From a virus, in IMG/VR virus record IMGVR_UViG_3300003154_000682, positions 74,354-105,546 of that record: 31,193 nt of DNA; one strand, given 5' to 3'. Position 1 is the stretch's first letter. Each line of letters begins with the position of its first letter. The notes beneath the pieces were generated by a model. It did not search any database, was not told the origin of the DNA, and saw only the letters and a list, made by a program, of their open reading frames with translations. Below are positions 27,318-31,193 of this stretch, piece after piece. The position numbers and the translations under genes were made by a program.

Positions 27318-28108
27318 AAATATTTGATTGCTTTAAATTTTTCAACGAATTAGAGTTATTACATCTACGAATGATGGTACTAAATAACTTAGTAGATTAC
27401 TTTGTCTTGGTTGAGGCTAATAAAACACATACTGGTCATAAGAAAGACTTTATATTTGAACGGTATAAAGATGAATTTAATGACTATGCAAGCAAAATAA
27501 TATATGTAAAAGTTGAAGATCTACCAAATTACACAAGAAGCAATATTTGGATAGCTGAAAATTTTCAAAGAAATTGTATATCTAGAGGTTTGTTTTCCGC
27601 CAATATAGGGGACAAAATAATTATTTCTGATGTAGACGAAATCCCTAATCCTATAACTATAGAAAAATATATAGATTCAAAAGAGCCTGTAACAATGGTG
27701 CAACATTTGTTTTATTATTATATCAATTGTTTACAAACAAGCCCATGGTCGGGTTCTATAATGGCCACATATGGTAATTATGAAAGCCCACAAGCACTAA
27801 GGAATTTGGCGAGGGATATTAATTATAATCCAGTACCTGATGGTGGATGGCATTATAGTTATATGGGTGGCCCGGAAAGGATAAAATTGAAAGTGGAAAA
27901 TATAGCAGAATCTCATGTTATAATTGATAAAATCGGAACCCTTGTTGATATAGATAGGAAGATGCAAAACCAAGAAGATCTGTGGGGAAGAGAAGAGGTT
28001 ATGTTTAAAAAACAAATAGTGGACATAGATGCTTATGGTATGGCTCCAAATTGTATACATGAATTTATCGAAAAATATCCAAATTTTTATTATTCTAAAG
28101 GAAACTAA
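27314..28108 (+). CDS. GT17-like (GnT-III-type beta-1,4-GlcNAc transferase) glycosyltransferase
   Basis: IFDCFKFFNELELL.LR, VDYFVLVEAN.THTG..K, W..ENFQRN, IIISDVDEIP, GGWHYSY. An ATGA overlap places the start at 27314. Confidence 0.85.
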   Translation: MKIFDCFKFFNELELLHLRMMVLNNLVDYFVLVEANKTHTGHKKDFIFERYKDEFNDYASKIIYVKVEDLPNYTRSNIWIAENFQRNCISRGLFSANIGDKIIISDVDEIPNPITIEKYIDSKEPVTMVQHLFYYYINCLQTSPWSGSIMATYGNYESPQALRNLARDINYNPVPDGGWHYSYMGGPERIKLKVENIAESHVIIDKIGTLVDIDRKMQNQEDLWGREEVMFKKQIVDIDAYGMAPNCIHEFIEKYPNFYYSKGN

Positions 28109-28110
28109 AT

Positions 28111-28851
28111 ATGCAGAGAAATATAGAGGTTATATCTTTGATATATAAATCAACTACATACCTTGATTATATAGTAAAACAACTTAAGAGCGACTTATGT
28201 AAATCTCCAGGATGGGATGTTGGTATACGCATAATAGCAAATGACGCGACAGACAATGTTTTATATGCTTTAAGGAATATAGATATACCATATACCATTT
28301 TTAATAATTTTAATAAAGACGAATATTATATAAATAGAGTATATAGATGTTATAATTACGGTGTAGCAACAAGCGAATATGATAATGTATGCCTCATAAA
28401 CTCTGATAATGGTTTTAGTAGAGATTGGTTATCTAATCTTTTAAGGCATCATGATGGAACTAATATACCATGCAGCCGTTTAGTAGAAAGTGGCAAAATG
28501 TTAAGTGGTAAATATGGTTTTAGTTATGATTTTGGTAAAAATTGTACTGAATTTGAAAGTAGATTTGATGAATGGTTGTTCTGGTCAAACAATTTTAAAG
28601 AAAGTAAAGTGCTTCCTGGTGGATTATATATGCCAGTCATCTTCAATAAACAGCGCTTTATGGAAAGTGGTATGTATCCAGAAGGTAATATATACAGTGA
28701 TGGTAAAGTAGGTTCATTGGTTGGTGAAGTTAAAAGAACAGCAGACGAATTCTTCTTTAATGAAATTTTAGTAAAGAGGTTTAATATGAAACATGTCACT
28801 GTGTTTAATTCTTTAGTCTATCATATTCAAGAGGGTGAAAAAGATGAGTAA
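28111..28851 (+). CDS. GT2-like (GT-A) glycosyltransferase
   Basis: IIANDAT, YNYGV, VCLINSD.....WL..L, VYHIQEGE. Confidence 0.65.
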   Translation: MQRNIEVISLIYKSTTYLDYIVKQLKSDLCKSPGWDVGIRIIANDATDNVLYALRNIDIPYTIFNNFNKDEYYINRVYRCYNYGVATSEYDNVCLINSDNGFSRDWLSNLLRHHDGTNIPCSRLVESGKMLSGKYGFSYDFGKNCTEFESRFDEWLFWSNNFKESKVLPGGLYMPVIFNKQRFMESGMYPEGNIYSDGKVGSLVGEVKRTADEFFFNEILVKRFNMKHVTVFNSLVYHIQEGEKDE

Positions 28852-29764
28852 TGGTTGGTTAGTTAATGATTGTTTAACTTGTATTCCAGGCACAAAAACT
28901 TTTTGGCATGACTTACTTGAATGGTTTCCTGAATTAATTGATAAGACTAATGGATATACAAATTATAAGGTGCTTCCTGATGTTATAGAGAGAGAAGCGA
29001 ATATAAATAAACCAGATTATATAATAAGAAATGCTACATTTTTTAGGCCTCTAAATATATCTTGTAAACAAATAGCATTATTACAGGATTGTTATGATGA
29101 TAAGAATCAACAAATTGAAGTATGTAATCATAGTGATGTTACAGTGTTCAATTCTAATTTTACTTATAATCAATACAAGAATTATATAAGTAGTTGCGAT
29201 ATAAAGATTATTCCTCTAGGAGTAGATTTTAATTTGTTTAATGTTTTGTCGGACAAAAGTACTTTTAGAGAACAATTAGATATACTCCCTAATAGTATTC
29301 TGTTTGTGGGGTCTTCTCTCACCCATCCGAAAGGTTTTAACGTTGTGTTAGACTTAATAAATACCACCAAATATAATTTTTGCCTAGTAATGAAAGACAA
29401 TTTTAAGATGAGCAATCATAGAGTCAGGGTGTTTAATAAAGTAGATCATACAACATTGGTAAAGATATATAATAGTTGTGATTTATTGCTATGTACCTCA
29501 ATAATAGAGACTCAACATTTAGCTTCGATAGAAGCCGGAGGGTGCAATCTTCCAATACTAACTACTAATATTGGAGCTTTATATGATGTGCCTTCTGGAA
29601 TATGGGGAATAAAGGTGACAGATAATAATTTCATTGAAGGAATAGAACATATAAAGAAAAATAGAATGTCATTCTCACCACGTAAATATTTTTTAGATAA
29701 TAAGTATGATAAAGAATCCTGCAAGTATGCGTGGTTAAATCTTATTGAAGATTTATATAGGTGA
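28844..29764 (+). CDS. GT4-like glycosyltransferase
   Basis: VFNSNFT, IIPLGVDF, ILFVG....KGF, IYNSCDLLLCTSIIETQHLASIEAGGCNLPILTTNIG. Start ATG 28844 (or GTG 28835). Confidence 0.85.
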   Translation: MSNGWLVNDCLTCIPGTKTFWHDLLEWFPELIDKTNGYTNYKVLPDVIEREANINKPDYIIRNATFFRPLNISCKQIALLQDCYDDKNQQIEVCNHSDVTVFNSNFTYNQYKNYISSCDIKIIPLGVDFNLFNVLSDKSTFREQLDILPNSILFVGSSLTHPKGFNVVLDLINTTKYNFCLVMKDNFKMSNHRVRVFNKVDHTTLVKIYNSCDLLLCTSIIETQHLASIEAGGCNLPILTTNIGALYDVPSGIWGIKVTDNNFIEGIEHIKKNRMSFSPRKYFLDNKYDKESCKYAWLNLIEDLYR

Positions 29765-29767
29765 ATT

Positions 29768-30298
29768 ATGAGTTATGGAAACATAAAAAATATGGATTTT
29801 GATCATTCCGATATTATATATAATATAGCTAAAACTACAGGATGTACTTCTTATTTAGAACTTGGTTTATATAAAGGAAGCACAATAAATAAGATCAATA
29901 ATATTGTTCCATATTGTGTTGGAGTTGATATATTGCCTGTTGATATTACAGGAAAATTTTTTCTAGGCACGACAGATGATTTTTTTAAAATGAATAAAGA
30001 TACTTTTGATTTAATATTTATAGATGCTGACCATAAATTTGTTTCAGTAAAAAAAGATTTTAATAACTCACTAAAAATTCTGAATAAGTATGGGATAATA
30101 TTTTTACACGACACAGATCCAATATCAGTGGAATATACTGATGATAAATATTGTGGAGATAGTTATAGAATTATAGATTATATACAAAATAATGAAGAAT
30201 TTAATTTAGTTACCTTACCTGTATTAGAAGCAGGGCTTACAATTGTAAATAGAAAATCTGATAGAAGAGTGTATGAGTATAAAGGACTATGGATATAG
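29768..30298 (+). CDS. Class I SAM-dependent methyltransferase (type 24-like)
   Basis: YLELGLYKGST, GVDI, TDDFF, FDLIFIDADH, GIIFLHD. Confidence 0.85.
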   Translation: MSYGNIKNMDFDHSDIIYNIAKTTGCTSYLELGLYKGSTINKINNIVPYCVGVDILPVDITGKFFLGTTDDFFKMNKDTFDLIFIDADHKFVSVKKDFNNSLKILNKYGIIFLHDTDPISVEYTDDKYCGDSYRIIDYIQNNEEFNLVTLPVLEAGLTIVNRKSDRRVYEYKGLWI

Positions 30299-30308
30299 GG
30301 GGAAAGTA

Positions 30309-31193
30309 ATGTTTAAAGACAAAAAGATACTGATTACTGGAGGAACTGGTTCTTGGGGAAATGAATTGACCAAACAGTTGTTAGAGTTAGATCCTGAAAA
30401 GATTATTATATTTTCTAGAGGTGAATTAGCTCAAGTTGAAATGCAACGTCGGTTTAATGGAAGCCAGATAGAATACGTTATAGGTGATGTTAGAGATGCT
30501 GATGCTGTAGATAGACTATTTAGAAGAGGTGTGGATGTAGTATTTCATTTAGCGGCGCTAAAACATGTCCCGGTCTGTGAAAATCAACCACAAGAAGCTA
30601 TAAAAACTAATATAAATGGTACAACAAATTTAGTAAATTCAGCTATAAAGTATGAAATAGAAAAGTTTATAGATGTGTCATCTGATAAGGCGGTTGCTCC
30701 TACAAATTTATATGGTTTCACAAAAGCTGTAGGAGAAAAGCTTACTCTTCAAGCCAATAATCTTACCAAGAATACGGATTTTGTTTGTATAAGGGGCGGA
30801 AATGTTTTAGGTTCTAATGGAAGTGTTGTTCCTTTATTTATAGGGCAAATAAAGAAGAAAAATAAAATCACCATAACTGATGGTTCTATGACAAGATACT
30901 TTCTTACCTTAGCACAAGCTATTCATTTACTATTTCAAGCTGCTATTGAAAGTGTGGGTGGGGAAACATACGTTATGAACATGCCATCTTTTTATATTTC
31001 AGATGTAGCAAAAGCTCTTATAGAACATTATGGTAATTCAGATACTATTATAGAAGAAATAGGAATAAGAGAAGGTGAAAAGATGGATGAAGAACTTATT
31101 TCTGTTCATGAATCTAAGCGTTCATATAAATTTAGTGACGACTATTATGTGATCTTACCAGACATACATATAGATAGAGATTATAGATATGTT
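30309..31193 (+). CDS. UDP-GlcNAc 4,6-dehydratase (PseB/FlaA1/CapD family), 3'-truncated; absent from the ORF track
   Basis: Translated by hand from ATG 30309: MFKDKKILITGGTGSWG, IFSRGE, IGDVRD, FHLAALKHVP, SSDKAVAPTNLYGFTK, RGGNVLGSNGSVVP, MTRYF, IGIREGEK. The frame stays open to the window end. Confidence 0.93.
   Translation, partial: MFKDKKILITGGTGSWGNELTKQLLELDPEKIIIFSRGELAQVEMQRRFNGSQIEYVIGDVRDADAVDRLFRRGVDVVFHLAALKHVPVCENQPQEAIKTNINGTTNLVNSAIKYEIEKFIDVSSDKAVAPTNLYGFTKAVGEKLTLQANNLTKNTDFVCIRGGNVLGSNGSVVPLFIGQIKKKNKITITDGSMTRYFLTLAQAIHLLFQAAIESVGGETYVMNMPSFYISDVAKALIEHYGNSDTIIEEIGIREGEKMDEELISVHESKRSYKFSDDYYVILPDIHIDRDYRYV

Noticed and set aside
2322-30114. About 20 short alternative-frame and minus-strand ORFs in the track
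   Set aside because: All lie within or across longer + strand genes and show no recognisable motifs.
1-31193. Stop-codon reassignment as seen in some large phages
   Set aside because: Genes are full length under code 11, and TAG, TGA and TAA all end genes right before the next ribosome-binding site or start.
18388-31193. Ordinary bacterial O-antigen/capsule locus
   Set aside because: No membrane, export or initiating enzymes are visible and it is contiguous with phage-style replication and structural genes. It is not fully excluded because the cluster runs off the window.

Overview
AT-rich window in which every credible gene is on the + strand, tightly packed and often translationally coupled. 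It reads as part of a large dsDNA phage genome using the standard genetic code, with three modules. (1) 1-7715: putative virion or tail-associated genes: a 5'-truncated DNRLRE-domain protein with DLxDTP repeats, a propeller-like protein, a glycine-rich protein and a 1352-aa repeat protein. (2) 7848-18366: a bacterial-style replication/recombination operon: beta-clamp, RecA, endonuclease, DnaB, DnaG, SSB with a CxxC insert, zinc-ribbon protein, DnaJ, RuvC, HNH-AP2 homing endonuclease and a Cas4/AddB-like nuclease. (3) 18388-31193+: a glycosylation island of about 13 kb, cut by the window end. It has eight glycosyltransferases (three GT4-like, one carrying a LAGLIDADG intein; GT13/POMGnT1-like; GT17/GnT-III-like; GT32; two GT2-like), two SAM methyltransferases, a WbjD/CapG-type 2-epimerase, a PseB/FlaA1-type 4,6-dehydratase and an embedded dUMP-type thymidylate synthase homolog. 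No flippase, polymerase or membrane acceptor enzyme is visible. The best candidate for a new system is a phage-encoded cytoplasmic glycan-building pathway acting on virion proteins (rich in T-x-S-G) and/or on modified DNA bases. All family calls come from motif recognition by eye, not from database searches.
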